Assembly: GCA_024137785.1 (NCBI GenBank)
Contig: JAHRHZ010000018.1
Coordinates: forward strand, 52,149,260-52,213,259
Length of the DNA: 64,000 nucleotides
Reading direction: 5' to 3'
Source of the DNA: Ginglymostoma cirratum
Lineage: Eukaryota
Shown piece by piece: positions 11,089-25,619 of this stretch (the first letter of the stretch is position 1; every line of letters starts with the position of its first letter). The notes beneath the pieces were generated by a model. It was not told the DNA's origin. It was given only the letters and a program-made list of their open reading frames with translations, and made no database searches. A program made the translations under genes and the position numbers.

Positions 11089-14000
11089 CATGAGTGATGC
11101 AATAAAGTTCTCAACAAGTCTGATTAAGTCCAATTAAAGCCAGTCAACTCAGTTACCAGTGTGGACCTAGCACCCAGGTGCAGGGGCGCACAGGGAGATG
11201 GTGTGAGGAAAGCAGCAGGAAGCCCTACAGGCCTTCCCTTTCTGCCTTGACGCACAGGTAGACACAAGTCACCCATTGGAGGGATTCTCGCCACCCACCA
11301 TTCCTTCCCCACTTTTGTTGAATGATGAAAAAATGCTGGAAAGGTGCCACCTTGTCAAAAATCCTCTCTGTTACCAAATTTAAGTTCCAGTTTACTGCTG
11401 CTGCTTCCAAGCTAGAAGGCCTCTGATTGGCCAAGACGACAGACATTAGAGTCCTGGTTCTAGATGGCCTGCCCCTGTGCCCAACACCCATATTTTTGTT
11501 AGGGGAACCACGAGTTGATATTTGCACATCCATGGTTCACAGAGGCAGCTGTCAGCAAACAAATGTGATCTTCATGTGCACGATGTGCAAAATACAACTC
11601 ATGTGCTTTGGACATTTGAGTAAAACATCTAAAAGCTACTGGAATCATTTGGAGAGGTAGAGTACCCTTTTAAGGAGGCTCTAATGCCGCTTTTGGATTG
11701 TTCCAGGGAGCCCTTGGGGATTGGTCAAATTTCCTTTCAGAGCAGTCACACACCCTTAAAAAGAATTATTAAATGTGGACATGGGAGTGTGTAAAAGGTG
11801 GTTAAACATTCAAACTGTCAAACTGTAAAGCATTTATATCCAATGCACTTTAATTTTTGTTCCCTAAAAAAAAACTTGCTGTGACTGTTTTCAATTTCAA
11901 TTATTGACATAACCCTGAGGATTACTGCTGCACTACAGATTCCATCCTATCCTTATCACAGTGGGGGGAAGGGGCTGTTGGTTCACAGTTTGATTGGCAG
12001 TTTCATGGTGCAAGGCCAGATGAAGTGGGTATGGTATAATTAAAGAAACAAAAAAGGTATTTCTAAAGGAAGTGTCCATAGGAGCTGAGAGAATCTGTTG
12101 CTTGGTTGACAACCTGAACCCAGGATCCTCACAGACAGAAAAGTCAAAGGAAAGAAGGAATCTGTCAGATACGGACCAAGCAAGGGCAAAAGGAAGTCTG
12201 AATATTGGAAACAAAATTGATGAAATTTTCCTGTTCAATGAAAGATCAGGGAATGGCACTAATGTAGACATTAATATAACAGGAAAGAAAAGGTAATCAG
12301 GATCCTGAATGGGATTGGAACAAAGAACATTCCATGTCACTTAAAAATGCAGGCAAAGCTAGATGCATGCAACACCTTTTATGCATTTTTTTTCTCAAAA
12401 GTGGTGTCTAACTATTTTTAATATGTGATGGTTAAGTGGTATTAATGTGGTCCTAGTTCAGTAACAGGTTGCCGAAAGCTTTCTTTTGGTATGGAACACA
12501 AGCAGAACTACTCAACATACACCATAAAAAAAAACTGTTGTTCCATATTAACTCTTCAACATTGAGATGTCAGAATGGCCTTCTAAAGAGAGATAATTCA
12601 AAAGCTGTCAACATTCAAGAGACTTATTAAAAGTTCAATTGTTGAAGCAAAATCAAAATACGGCTTTGCCATTTCTTAAATGCTACAAAAATGGGTAATG
12701 CCCTGGTACTCAATGGGTTAATTATTAAACACCAATGATGGTTTCCACAAACACATCAAATTAATTAAAAAATGTATGCACTGCTGCGCAAAGCCCCAGG
12801 GATTCACTCCCTGAGCAATTTTCTTTGACAAAAATAGACACTGCAAAGTACAAGGTAACAGCAGTCTGCTAAGAAAAGGTACAAGTCATTTTAAAGTTGC
12901 ATTAGAAGCCTCTTACTGGTAATAGGAAGACCCCTGTGGCAACATCTACTTCCCCTTTGCAGTTAAACAGTGTTGCGAATGAATAAATGAATAAATAAAT
13001 AAGCGACAATCATCTTCAAATAGGCAATCTCATTCACTGATCACTTTTTTCTCTCTCCCCTTTTATCTCCAATTCCTTTCTGAATTGCTCAGCAAATAAA
13101 CACACTGTAATCTGTGATGTTTAATCACACGGACTTCACAGTCCTGGTCTAGTCCCTGATTTTCAATAAATTTGCTGAAATCTCTGTTCTTTCAATCCCC
13201 CGTATTAAGGGAGAAGAGATGAGGGAATTCTGGATTCTCATTGTTAATTGCAAATCATTGATTCCTGTTGTAATGGATGTTTCAAGGCCAGGATCAAGGT
13301 CGCTTGCCCTCCATTGTCAAATACTTGCTGGTTCTCACTATCTAGGCTGCATATGAGAAACAGCTCCATCGTCGAGATATCAGCAAGTTGTCAGGGTCGG
13401 TGGAACCAAACAGCTATGACCTACAGAGCTGAAACTGAAGGGAAAAAAAATTAAACTTCTTCATGCATCTTCTTTCTAACAAATATTTTTATGTTTTAAA
13501 ATTAAGCCTCAAAGTTACCACCTGATTGGTCAGCATTCAGAGACTTAGCTAAAAAGTTACATTTGGAAAAAAAAAATCATCTGTTCGAAGCAGTGTCAGA
13601 GATCCTTGGAGGAATGCCCAGTTATACCATATCTTAACAGATCCTTAACATTATTGCTTACCACACTAAACAAAAAATCAATTTTAAATGCAACAGAATT
13701 TTAGCCTGAATCCTGTATTTGTAGTATGCAACATTCTCACAAAATCACTTGGCTGTGCTAACCAAAATTACAACTAGCCTGGCATTTCAGAAAGTTCTGG
13801 GGTGAGAAGTACAATTGGGCATTGATATTAAATCTTAAATCATTTTCTCTATGTCATTAGAAAGAAATGAAAGGGGATTTAAGTACAGACCTTTTCAATT
13901 CAATGCTTACAAATGCCCACAAAAGGTGTAATAATGTGCAATACAATGGACAGTTGCCACAGTCAGCACACTTCGTGAAAACACATAGGATTTACTGCTT

Positions 14001-15749
14001 GATGCCTGATTGTCAGCTCATTGCTACTTATTTTAAGTTTGGCAGAAAATAAATATGGAACTGCAATTTGCAATGCGATGTGGCAAAATGGAAAAATTAT
14101 GCAGTTTCAATCATCCAAACCATTTAAACAATTTGCTTCAGAAAGCAATAGCACAAAAGTATACTACCATTACTATAAGATAAAAACAAACTACAACTAA
14201 TTTTGAGTCCACGTCAACTCATTCAGTGAAAACCTAGGAACTAGTTTGATATATGGATATGTCACAACTTCCAATTTGCCATTTATAACTCTCTCAAATA
14301 CAGAAACCATAGGACAAGATGATTTTTATAAGATGGCTCTTCAAAAAAAATGACATTTAAAGCCAGTGTTAAGCTTTCCTGTTTCTGGAAAACTCAAATT
14401 CAGTGATATTGGTTAATAAATTTATGTAATAGCACTTCAGTTATTTTAATACCAGCAGTGAAAATTGTTTGTGTAACACACTCCCATAGTTACTTAAATG
14501 TAGTTTCTCTCTATTAAGCGATCAAGGCTTTTCGAATACAGTTTTTGTTAACCAGCATACAAAAGGATACAAGACTGCTATTATTTTCAGAATTATTTTC
14601 TACTATCTTCCTCCTCTCACAGGCCAAAACTAACCTGCTTTAAAAAATACAACAGCAGCCTTCGTTTTAAACAACCAGTTGTACTTTCGCACAGACCAGC
14701 ATTTTGTTACACCTAAACAGGAATTCAGCCCAAACTAACTGAACAACCACTTTGAACTTTATTTTACATGTTTAAGGGGGTGAGGGGGGCAATAAATATT
14801 TATGAGTGTCAGATTTCTAGAGGTTGCATTAATAGAAATGATAGGAGATGGCCACTGGTCACTCCATGTAAAGAGGGCAAATAGTTGCACATTGTGATGA
14901 TGGTCATGTGCAAGTAAAAGTTTTGTTTGCCATTCCAAAGTGAATTACATCATCCTGTCACACATTTACCAAACACAAAATTGTTTGACTACAGGGTTTC
15001 AGTAATTTCCTTCAAATCTCATTTTTGAGCAATTCAAGGACTCAAAAATGAAATTGGCTGTTATCACCATTAACACAGGTGCATTGTTCAAAATCTGGCT
15101 ATCCGGAAGCTACAGATGTCTGAAAACTAGATATTTGTATGAGCTGCAGGAATTTTGAAACTTATTAAGTGGCTAAAGAGCTTTATGGCTTGTTCAACTT
15201 GGTGTTAGTAATGGTGGAAGATACTTTGAACATCCCATTAATGCTAAAGAATATAAAGGGAGGAACTAAGTTCTGTCACCATTTGTGACATTTAGTTTGT
15301 AGAGATTTTCTAATCAACCTGCTCAGAGACGACCATTCATGAAACAGACTACAGCATTAATTGAGACATCTCCAAAACAGAAAACACCTTAATATTTTAC
15401 CTAGATTAAAGGGGAAAATAATCAATTCTGTCTTTGGAGGCAACTTTGTTTCAGAAGACATCTCAAGAATTTCCCCGTATTTAGTTAATACGCTAAATGC
15501 GTTATTACGTCACAAAATACACACAACCTTCCATCTTAGGAAATCTGCCAAAACCACATTTCAGCCAAAGAGATTTAACCACCATGCTGATTTTCCCAGC
15601 CCCATATAAAAGATACGAGAATTTTCAAATCAAAAGATATTTTGAGTCAGAGTTTTTAGCTTCTATTTACTATTTACGAATACAGCAAATATCAACATAC
15701 AACTGTAATAAGTTTAAAATAAAGCAGGCGTCGCACAAGTTACTAGTTA

Positions 15750-15783
15750 CTGTGTTCATCCAGCTCTGCACCTTGTTATCTTA
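15750..15783 (+). mobile_element. 34-bp PLE 3'-terminal fragment (subfamily B)
   Basis: CTGTGTTCATCCAGCTCTGCACCTTGTTATCT matches the PLE terminus (compare 38150-38181); no clear TSD. Confidence 0.75.
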
Positions 15784-16554
15784 CATGAAGATATTTTGTG
15801 ATTAAACAATCTAATTGAATTACTCGGAGGACTATTCCTACATCATGTTATAAGAAATATTTTGAAGCACATACCCTTAGAAGGTGCACACTTCTGGAAA
15901 AAAACCATCTATAACGTACAAATTAGACTTAATTCAGACTGAAATTAAACGATCATGAGGTGTGCAACAAGAAAGACAGCTCATTAAAATAATATGTAAA
16001 GCACCTAATTATTAGCTCATTCCAAGGGGGAGGGGAAATTTGCAAGGGTCATGCATACTACCATAAAAAGATTCACGTCCAATTAAAAAGATACACAGTT
16101 TGAAAATGCTTAGCTCATCCAGCACACTATCACCATTACCCGAAGGGGAGGTGTACAATAGAAGGACTGCAAATTAGGCTAGACTATGCTGGGTCACTAC
16201 TTGTGGTCTTTTTTATTCCAGACTGGTCGGATACAATTCAGTTCTACAAAGGACCCTAATGGAGCTTTATTAAAACTTTCAGGGGGTGTGAATGGATTCA
16301 CCAGCCTCTGCACTTCAAGTAGACACTTGAGATGCACCCATATTAATAAGAATGTTAGGTAACCTCATATTGAATTTCACGCTCAGCAATGAGGTGAAGA
16401 TTAATTGCAGGGCCGATTCAATGTATTGGAACTTGAGAATTGGAATGCTGTCCAGGCAAATAAGGAGCTGGATTATTCAGTCTACCTATCGCCCTTTATC
16501 AACTTGAGCCCATCCATCTGCTGGCTGCATCCCAAAATGTAGTAAAGACTCATT

Positions 16555-16790
16555 TACCCATCACACCTATGTTTGGTGACCAGCACTGACTTCAAATCAT
16601 CTACACCTTGATGTTAAAATTCTCATCCTGACTTTCAAATCCCTCTGTGGTCTACTCCTCCCTGTCTCTGCTCCTCCACCAGACCTACAATCGTTCAAGC
16701 TAACTGAACTTCTCCAATTCTGCCCTCTAGACAGCTCCAACTTCAATCGTTTCACCACAGGCACCGTGCTGACATGACCTATAGCTTTTA
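16555..16790 (+). mobile_element. L2-type LINE 3' relic
   Basis: CCCATCACACCT...TTAAAATTCTCATCCTGACTTTCAAATCCCTCTGTGG encodes KILILTFKSLCGL, similar to the L2 ORF2 C-terminus. Confidence 0.6.
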
Positions 16791-17799
16791 ACTCTCATTT
16801 GGAACCAGTTTATATCAGGAGAATTTCTCTGACAAATTTTGACCATTAATTTCAATAAGCCTTAGCTTATTGATAAATGTCCCAGATATTTTAAAGGGTC
16901 CAGGATTTCTCTTCCCATAATATATACTTGCCCACTCAAGGAGTATATTAAGTACATGGTTTGTTACAGTTGCAACAGAACATCTTAAATGAAACAACTT
17001 CCTAATTTTTAAATATCAATTAACAGTAATTTACAAGCAATACACTAAGTGGTCAAAATACAGATATGTCAAAAACTATCAAAGGATATAACCAAATTCT
17101 TTAAAAATCTACTTTGTCACTTTGTAAAATTATTCAAGAATATCTAATAATACCTCTGAATATCCAACAACATTAAGGTTCATCAAAATCTAGAAATAGA
17201 ACATCTCCCATAATCTAAGAATAGAATATCCGTCAACATTTAAAATTTTACCTTGAAGTCCAGAGCAAAAAGAAACCACAATAAAGACAAGGTCAGGGTT
17301 CAAGTTCTATCTACAGAGTGAATTAATCACCCAATTAACAATTTTGTTTTGCCTGTGGTTAGCGTTTTGGGGATCACTTTTGAAGGGTTTATAGCACATC
17401 ATAGAAATTAATTGAGAATAACTTGCATGTTTTGAACTTAGGGACAAATTTTCCGCTCCCTGGCGTAGTGTGAATAATACCAAGAAAAGTGGGAAAATAC
17501 GAACAGAATGAAAACTGATTCTCTACTTTAAGTTCTACCAAATTCTGCCCTTCAGCCATGGATGGTGACTTCAAAATTTCACCATCGAGTGGTAATCTCA
17601 TTAAAACCCCAACTTGCCTTATTCATATGCCACTAGCAATGCTCCTCTCTGTCACAAAGAAACTAAACAACAGAAGCTATGATATAAATTAAGCTGGGAT
17701 CTAGTGCTGTAGCTCGTCACCATAGAACTGCCTCTTCCCTACATGCCCTTTGGGTACTATCCTCCTCATGTTATTTATGCAAGTTAGCATCAAACCACC

Positions 17800-18120
17800 A
17801 GCTTCACCATATCATCATGATTGTTCTCAGGCCAATCCAGCCACTACTGCAGCCCTTCGACACTCTGGAGCTCAAGGACACCAATGAATTACATTCATCT
17901 GCCAGGTCACCTACGTGTGCAAGGTCACACATGTTCTTCATCCACCTACACAGGATATACCGCAAGGCTCTTAGCTTGCTTTCTTCGTGCTCACTCAACT
18001 TACCCAGGGTGCTGTTGAGGGAGCAGGCCTCTTGTGGTGGTCTGGTGGAAAAAGCAAGGCCCTCCTCTCCAACACCTTGCACACCAATATCCCCAGGTTC
18101 CCGGTTGTGAAGACAGAGCA
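17800..18120 (+). mobile_element. possible Harbinger/PIF transposon relic
   Basis: GC-richer block with peptide HRIYRKALSLL, reminiscent of the Harbinger nuclease N-terminus; no catalytic motifs seen. Confidence 0.25.
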
Positions 18121-18819
18121 TGTCCTTTCAGCATATCCTCAATAATAGTGGTTGAGCACCACTGAGGGGGTCAGTTCCTGGTTTGCAATATCTGATGTGG
18201 TGTGCAGCTGAGCTTTAAGCACAGCACCTGCAACTCGGCAGGAAGTTGCTGAGCACTTCCAACTCTCCAGCCATGTGGTTTACCAAGAAATATGCCCAGG
18301 AGCCCAGGTGCATTACGAATAGCAGAAGATTGCCTGAGAAAAGTTACTGTGAGCCATGGCAGACCAGGCAAAATGAAGCTCACAGGACAAAACACTTTAA
18401 CCGCAAATGGGAAAATTCCATCCAATTTGTTTATTTTTAAATATTCACAAAGCACATTCCTGGAATCAAAAAAACCTAATTTTTAAAATCTAAACAAACA
18501 ACTACTTGAGTAAAAGATAGCTCTCGAGACAGTTTCGCTGTGCCCTTTTACACCAGAGGGAAAGAGGGAGAGCATTTGTGTAGAGCAGGACTTAATATAT
18601 TTACGCACTGTAAAAAATGTAATAATTAAGGGCAAGGCGTACTTTCTTTCTTTAGTCCTGTTTTGCACATTCAGCTTTGGGAACTAGTCTGGACATCATG
18701 ATCATTCATCGTCAAGCATAAGATGGAGGAGATCAGTTTCACAAGTTAGATGTTCTACACAAGGTAGAGAGAATTAGGAATAAGTAGTCAGCATGGAACC
18801 AGACTGGGAGAGATAAACA

Positions 18820-19610
18820 GCCTGACAAAGTCTCCTTGCCAACTTTCAAGTGGTAACCCAAGAGGTCCATGGTAAGCCTTTCATTCTCAACAGATCTACT
18901 GTACCAAGATTTTCAAAGGTATCTAGTAAAGATCCACGTGAAAAGCTAGTTATTAAACTTAAAGTTTATGCAAATTTTAGAAACAGATAGAAATTGACTG
19001 CTGGGTGGAAAACAACAGGTACGGGTGAGAGGAGTTTTGTTTTCAGGGTTGACAGAAAGGTGATAAGCCTCAGAGGTTGAATGCTGTGACTATAACCGTT
19101 CTAATTGACATAACTGACTACAAATCTCAATGGCTAGTAGACCATTCAAATGATGTCGTATTAGGTTAGCGATATAGGTTAGAAATTAGTCATTTTGACG
19201 CAATATGTACGTGAACAGAAATAGCAAAGGAAATGGAGTGCAGGTAAATGCAAAATACTTTATAAGAAAAAGCAAGTTACACGCATACTCTCAAAACAGC
19301 TTGCTTTGAGGGGTCTTGATAAATTCCATACTCACCATGTCTAACTGTGTACAGCAGCTACCAATAAAGCTAACAGTAGGTTGAACAAAAAGCCAAAAAC
19401 AGTAAAATACAAATCAGAAGAAGGACTGATCCAACTCAGTTCTGGTTAGACTGCACTTAAATCCTGTTCCAGTTGCCAAGCAACAAAGAAAACTCTTAAG
19501 CACTGAGAACACACTGGAGGAGAGCCACAAGATTGATCATTAGTGTCAAAAGATCTACACTACATTTTAAAACAGCCAGTGCAGGTTAAACTTTCCAGCT
19601 TGGCAAGGAG
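18820..19610 (+). mobile_element. highly degraded CR1 RT fragment
   Basis: GATCTACTGTACCAAGATTTTCAAAGG resembles the YLDFQKAFD region; AGAGCCACAAGATTGATC resembles RATRLI. Confidence 0.55.
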
Positions 19611-19809
19611 GAAGGAAGAGTTATATAACTTGGTATCAGCACCTCTGTAATATAAACCAAAAAAAACAAACATTTTATTTAAGTGTATGCCTATATCACT
19701 TTAATGTCTTCCTTATTTCTCAGCAACCAGAACTCATCATAGTTTTACAGCTTGAACATAATTTCTTCTGACTTGTGTTCCATTGTTTTGGCTACATAGT
19801 TCAACATCC

Positions 19810-20306
19810 TACAACAACTAAATACTGTAGAAGCACAAGTCAGGAGTGTAACTTGCCTGGATGATGCAGTTCCAACAACATTCAAAACGTTTGACACAGT
19901 CCAAGGCAAAGCAGCCCACATCCACAAACATCAACTCCCTCCACAACAGACACTCAGCTGCATGTACTATCTACAAGGTGCACTGCAGAAATTCACCTAA
20001 GATCCTTTCGTCATTACCTTCCAAACCCATGACCATTTCTATCTCGTAGGACAAGGGCAGCAGATATATGGGGACACCCCCACCTGGGAGCTCCCCTCCA
20101 AGCCACTCAACATTCAGACTTGGAAAAGTGTCACCGGATTACAATCCTGGAATTCTCACCGTAATGGTACTGTCGGTCTAACCTACAGCACATGGACTGC
20201 AGCAGTCCAAGAAGGCAGCTCAACACTGCCCTCTCAGAGGTAACTAGGGACTAGCAATAAATGCTGGCCTGGCAGTAACATCGATCTCCAATCAGTGAAT
20301 TAAAAT
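19810..20306 (+). mobile_element. 3' fragment of the same LINE family as 6028-9303
   Basis: Similar to the reverse complement of about 6030-6530 (GGCACAAGTCAGGAGTG-like block, TGACCATTTCTATCTCGTAGGACAAGGGCAGCAG, GCAATAAATGCTGGCCTGGC). Confidence 0.75.
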
Positions 20307-21752
20307 AAGGACGCAGGAAATTTGAGAGAAACAGAAAATGCTGGAAATGTTAAACAGTTCTGACTGGATCTACAAAAAAAGAGACATGATGGAAGTAGCA
20401 GCAGTAAGGGAAGCAGCACAAACCTGACAGAAGTCACCAACAGTGCTATGAGGCAAATAAAGTGAGATGGCAGGAGAACATGGCAGTGCTGCCAAGAGGT
20501 ACCAAGCAGCAGGACGATATAGCACTCAGTACTTCAGGGAAAAAAAAAAACAAGGAATAACATGTAAGTACTTGGATGGTGACTACTGGTTTTATTCCTA
20601 AGCTAGGGCAGTGATTTAAACTAGGTACAGGAAACTACAAAGTGTTCTTCTAAACTCATAGCTTAGCCAGGTAAATTAATTTATTGAACTACAAATAATC
20701 ATTGATTAGAGAAAAGGATGCTTCAGGCACAGCAGCACTGACAGTCTGAATCAAGCAGGAGGGAAAAACAATAATATAACAAAATGACATCATACATCTT
20801 GGAGTCATGCATGTGATATGCTGGCAAATTTTGATTTTTAAATTTAAATGAATCAGCTATAAATTAGGAATAGATAAAAGAATTAGAACAAAAGTTAAAG
20901 CTGAATCGTCCATTTATCATATTTTGTTCAATTAATTAATCGAATCCAGGAGATAAATTTTAAATTAAATAACAAGAGATACAAACACTAAAGAAAGTTC
21001 TAAACTTTTTCAGTCAATTAAAATTTGCAATATTGTAGATAATAGAGGTAAGGTGAAATATTAAAATTAATTCCACATAAAATAAGAAGCGTCAGAACAA
21101 GGGAAACAGCAAAATAACCAGTGATTCTTTCCTTAACTCTTGTGACTAATTCTAACAAATCTTCCAGTAATCTGATAAACAGAGGCATGACAGGATATCT
21201 CAGTCCATGGAAGGCATACAACTTACTTTATGTGGGAGCTCCAGGTCACTCCTCACAACTCCGACATCCACACAGGCTCTAGGTTTCAGAACTTCAGAAA
21301 GAGCTGGCATCACTACAGCACATCAACAATGTTGAGAATAGTGTGGCTGGCACATAATCACTCTGCAGCTCAGAGGAGCGCAGGCAGTGAGGAAATGGGT
21401 GACCATCCAATAAAATGGAAGGAGCGGGCAGGTAGTACGGAGTTCCTGGCATGTGTCCCACTCCCCAGCCTGTTCTGAATGCTGGGAAATAATGGTTCCT
21501 CTGAATAGTGCCAGGAACAAGTCCATGGCGTCACAACTGTCTATGAGGTGCAGAAAGAAAATTTGGAAAAAAAGTAGTTTGAGGGAATCTTGCTATTGGG
21601 ATAAATCGACAGGCACTTCTGCTGCTATAGTTACGAACCCAGGACAGTATGTTGCCTCTCTGGTGGCAGGTCAAGTATGCCACTGAATGGCTACAATGTG
21701 ATGATGGGTGGGAGGTGATGGGGTGTTGATGTTGGGGAAGATTGGGGAGGGG

Positions 21753-21786
21753 GAGGGGGGAAGGGGGAAGGGGGAAGGGGAAAGGG
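21753..21786 (+). repeat. (GGGGGAA)n-like G-rich simple repeat
   Basis: GAGGGGGGAAGGGGGAAGGGGGAAGGGGAAAGGG. Confidence 0.7.
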
Positions 21787-22902
21787 TCAAAATGGTACTA
21801 GCAATACAGACAGAAAAAGGGACAAGATCAAACCAACCAGATTTTAGTGAGCTACAGTTGTAATCAGGGTCTCAAAAGCAGTAATACATTCCTGATGCCA
21901 TCGTCTAGTGAATATAGAAACGGGCAGAGAAGGTAGATGCGTAGCTGCAGAATTAGTGCAGGAGGAGGGGCTTCAGATTCTTGAGACATTGGGACCCATT
22001 CACTAGAGAGATGGAACATGTACAGAGCAAGGAATAATGCCCTTGTGGGGGATTTGCTTCTGCTGTTGGAGTTATGTGTAACCTAACCTAGTTGGGAATG
22101 GAAACTAAGAAGTAACATTAGCGATGGAAAACGAGGTGCACAAAAGAATTGAGTGACAGATAGCACTAGAGAAATAGGGGTCAGTGTAAGAGGTAATACA
22201 AATAGGTCAAAATTATATTGACCGGGCATGTACGTGAACCCATACAGTGCGTAAGTAAGGTGGGTGAGCGAGAGATATAGTTGTGGGAGGATAGTGCTGT
22301 GTAGAAGAAGAGTTGGCACCAAAAAGGACAGGACTGGGTATACAAAATATTCCTAGCTACAAGGTGTTCCAGTAAAAAAAAGGAAGGAAATAAAGGAGGA
22401 GGTGAGGTGGCAGTGCTAATTTAGGATAATACTACAGTGCTGCAGAGAGGATGTTCTCAAGGGGTCAAGGACAATCTGTTTGCTTAGAATGAAGAAACAG
22501 TAGAGATACTGTTAAAATGCTGGGTGCTATCGAAATGTTTCCCACTAGTGGAAATGATATTGATGAACAAATTTGTAAAATTATAGTTCAAAAGAGATGC
22601 ACAAATCTACTCAGATAATTTTAATTATCTTAATATAGATTGAGTTAGTAGCAGTGTAGAAAAGGGCAGAAAAGAGGTGAAAAGTTTGTTCAGGCAAAGT
22701 TACTACATCACCATGTTTCCAGTCCAACAAAGAAAAAGTACTTTTGGATCTTGATCCACAATCTCATATCATAGAACAAATGTTGGGGGAAAGTTAGGGA
22801 ATGGTATCAAAGCATCATAAAGATTAGGTTAGCTATGAAAAATGTTCATGTTAGCTATGGTGTGAGAATGGATCTGGCTTAAGTAAATTGAAATCAAAGA
22901 CT

Positions 22903-23056
22903 GAGCTAACAAGGTGTAGAAAATTTTCTGAAGAAGGGTCTAGGCCCGAAACATCAGCTTTCCTGCTCCTCTGATGCTGCTTGGCCTGCTGCGTTCATCC
23001 AGCTCTACACCTTGTTATCTCAGATTCTCCAGCATCTGCAGTTCCTACTATCTCTT
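22903..23056 (+). mobile_element. 154-bp PLE derivative with inverted 5' segment and hammerhead motif
   Basis: 12-bp TSD AAATCAAAGACT at 22891-22902 and 23057-23068; 22901-22920 is the reverse complement of 23004-23023 (1 mismatch); CTGAAGA-A-GGGTCTAGGCCC-GAAAC-ATC at 22928-22955. Confidence 0.92.
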
Positions 23057-24904
23057 AAATCAAAGACTAGCAGGCAAAACTGTGAAAAGGAACAATGGGC
23101 TGCCTGTAAAAAAAGAGAAGGTTTGGGTGCAGTTGAGCTTCATTCCTACAAGGCAATAGGTTGGACAAACAAAGTCAGACCTCCCAACATTACAGAAGAA
23201 ATAGAAAGCAAGATAAAACTGGTGAAGGGTGAATAGGACAGATGTCAGGTTAATCACACAAGTATGAAACAATCCGAACATAGAAATTTCTGAAGGGAAA
23301 TGAAAAAAGGAAAGAGAATATGAGCAGAGAGATTGGCAGCTAACAGAAGAGAGAATCCAAAATAGTCTACAGATAAATTAATAGTAACAGGGCAGAAACA
23401 GGAGGAGCTAGGCCAATTAAAGACCCGGAAGGGATTTATTCACAGAGGTAAGAGCCATGGTTAAGATACTAAGTGAGACTATCTTGACGAAGGAAGAAAA
23501 TGTTGCCAATTCATATTGGACAAGGAGCTAGTTAACACACTAGGCAACCTTTTCTAAGTTTGAGTAACTAAGAATCCGTTTGCCATGTTCAAGCTAAAAA
23601 TTGATAAAGAGGGCATTTGAGAAAAGTGGGCTTTATTAAAGTTGATCACTCACCAGTACCAAATCAGATTCAACCAGAGATACTGAGAGAAGCCATGACA
23701 GAAATCACTGAGGTCATGTTTATAACCTTCCTATATTCCTCAGACACAGCAGTAGAGCCAGAGGACTGGAGAACTGCAAATGTTATGCTCTTGCTCATAA
23801 ATTTGTGTAAGGATAAACAAAGCAATGGCAGGCCTGTCAGTTGAACCTTGCTGGTGGAAAAACCTTTAGAATGATCGATATCCAAATGACTGTTATCCAT
23901 AGGCTATGAATTAATTCAAAAAAAGCCAGCATGGATTTGTTAAGAGTAAATAATATTCAACTAATACGAACAAAATTTTTAATGAGCTAACAGAGAAGGT
24001 TGGTTAGAGTAATACAATCGATATGGTGTACATGGACTTCCAAAAGATGTTAAGTGCACCACATAACAAGCTTATCGGCAAAGTTGAAGCCCGCGAAATA
24101 CAAGGGATAGTGGCAGCATGCATACAAAGTTGACCCTGTGACAAGAAACACAGAGTGCGGGGAATGATTTTTCATGGACTGTAAGAAGACAAATAGTGAT
24201 TCTCCTGGGTCAGTATTAGAACTACGTTACTTTTGAAGTAAATGAGTGACCTAGACTTAAGTATATAGGACACAATTTAAAATATTTCCATGCCACAAAG
24301 CTTAGAGGAAATAGATAAATTTCAAGAGGGCATACATAGGTGAGTGGGCTGTTGGAAAGGTGACAATTAAAGTTAATGCTGGGAAGTTTGAATCGATATG
24401 TTTCAAAATGATGTGCAGTAGCAGAAAGATTTGGGGGGCGGGGGGGCGAAATATGTGCATTATTAATTGAAGATGGCAGGGCAAATTAGAAAACTGGTTG
24501 ATCAGGCATACAGACTAAATAATCCAGATACTGCAGAACCGTAATAACTGCTATAATGAATATCAAAAATAATACAGAATTTCATAACTACTATCTGGGA
24601 TAACTTCGATCAAGGCTGTTCCACAAGTTACACATGAATGTTTCAAAAGCATCAGCCACATCTTAACTTAATCACCAAGCACAGAGATGAAAGACTGTAA
24701 CTGATTTGAAAACAGACCAGCTTTACAGCAGCAGGAAATCAAATCTATATTTGTTGAATTTATATTCACATTGACTTTAAAAGTAGTGCAGCAAAAGGTT
24801 TATTTTCCCTTGCTCGCCTGTATTTCTCAGAGCAAATAGATAGCACTAAACGGAACAAGACAACAGTACAGAGGATGGTGAGTGGAGGTGGGTCCAAATA
24901 CAAC

Positions 24905-25030
24905 ATGGGTACATGAATAGGAAGGGTTTAGAGGAATATGAGCCAAATGGGACTAGATCAGTTTAGGATATCTGGTCAGCATGGACGAGGTGGACCAAAG
25001 GTTCTGTTTCCATGCTGTATAACTCTAAGC
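24905..25030 (+). mobile_element. CR1/HE1-type 3' tail
   Basis: GGGTTTAGAGGAATATG...GGTCAGCATGGACGAGGTGGACCAAAGGTTCTGTTTCCATGCTGTATAACTCTA. Confidence 0.75.
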
Positions 25031-25619
25031 CTCAATAACTCTACAGAAACAGATTAAAGCAACCACGGATTTCAGAGGACAACAAACCTGATTTTTGAGA
25101 TACTGGCAGTGATGTACCACTACATGGTATCATTCCCATGTTGATTTTGACCTCAATAGCTTTTGTTTCATGATGTGATCCAATTGCAGTGACTGAGGGG
25201 AATTGGACTGACCCTGATGAAGCTATACCCACCAACCAGTTCTGTTGTTTAAACAGAAAGAACTCACCATACTCTGATGGTGGCCACTCTGCCACCCCAG
25301 AGGTAACAGTCATTAATAAAAGAACATACGATCAGCTGGGAGCAGCTAACTGACTGCAACACTGTCTGGTTTATCTCCGTTTCATTCTACTGCAAACTGC
25401 TACCATGGATAAAATAGGCAAAGGTGTTATCCTATTGATCAGCCATCAGACCCAGGTGTCATGTCTTCTTATTCCCATCAGATAGAAATCATCACATTTT
25501 AAAACTACAATTTGTCAAGTTATGTTGTTGCAACATGCGATGATAAAAATACAAATCAACGTACTGGAGATACACAGCACATCCCTTAGCATTTGTGAAG
25601 AGGAAGACTGGCTACTGTT

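Larger units (their letters stand above)
20390..24520 (+). mobile_element. degraded long CR1 LINE (5' UTR, ORF1, APE and RT remnants)
   Basis: ORF1-like MWELQ at 21230; APE start near 22225; RT peptides ILREAMTEITE..PEDWRTANVMLL..KDKQSNGRPVS and YMDFQK; interrupted by a PLE at 22903; boundaries approximate. Confidence 0.8.
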
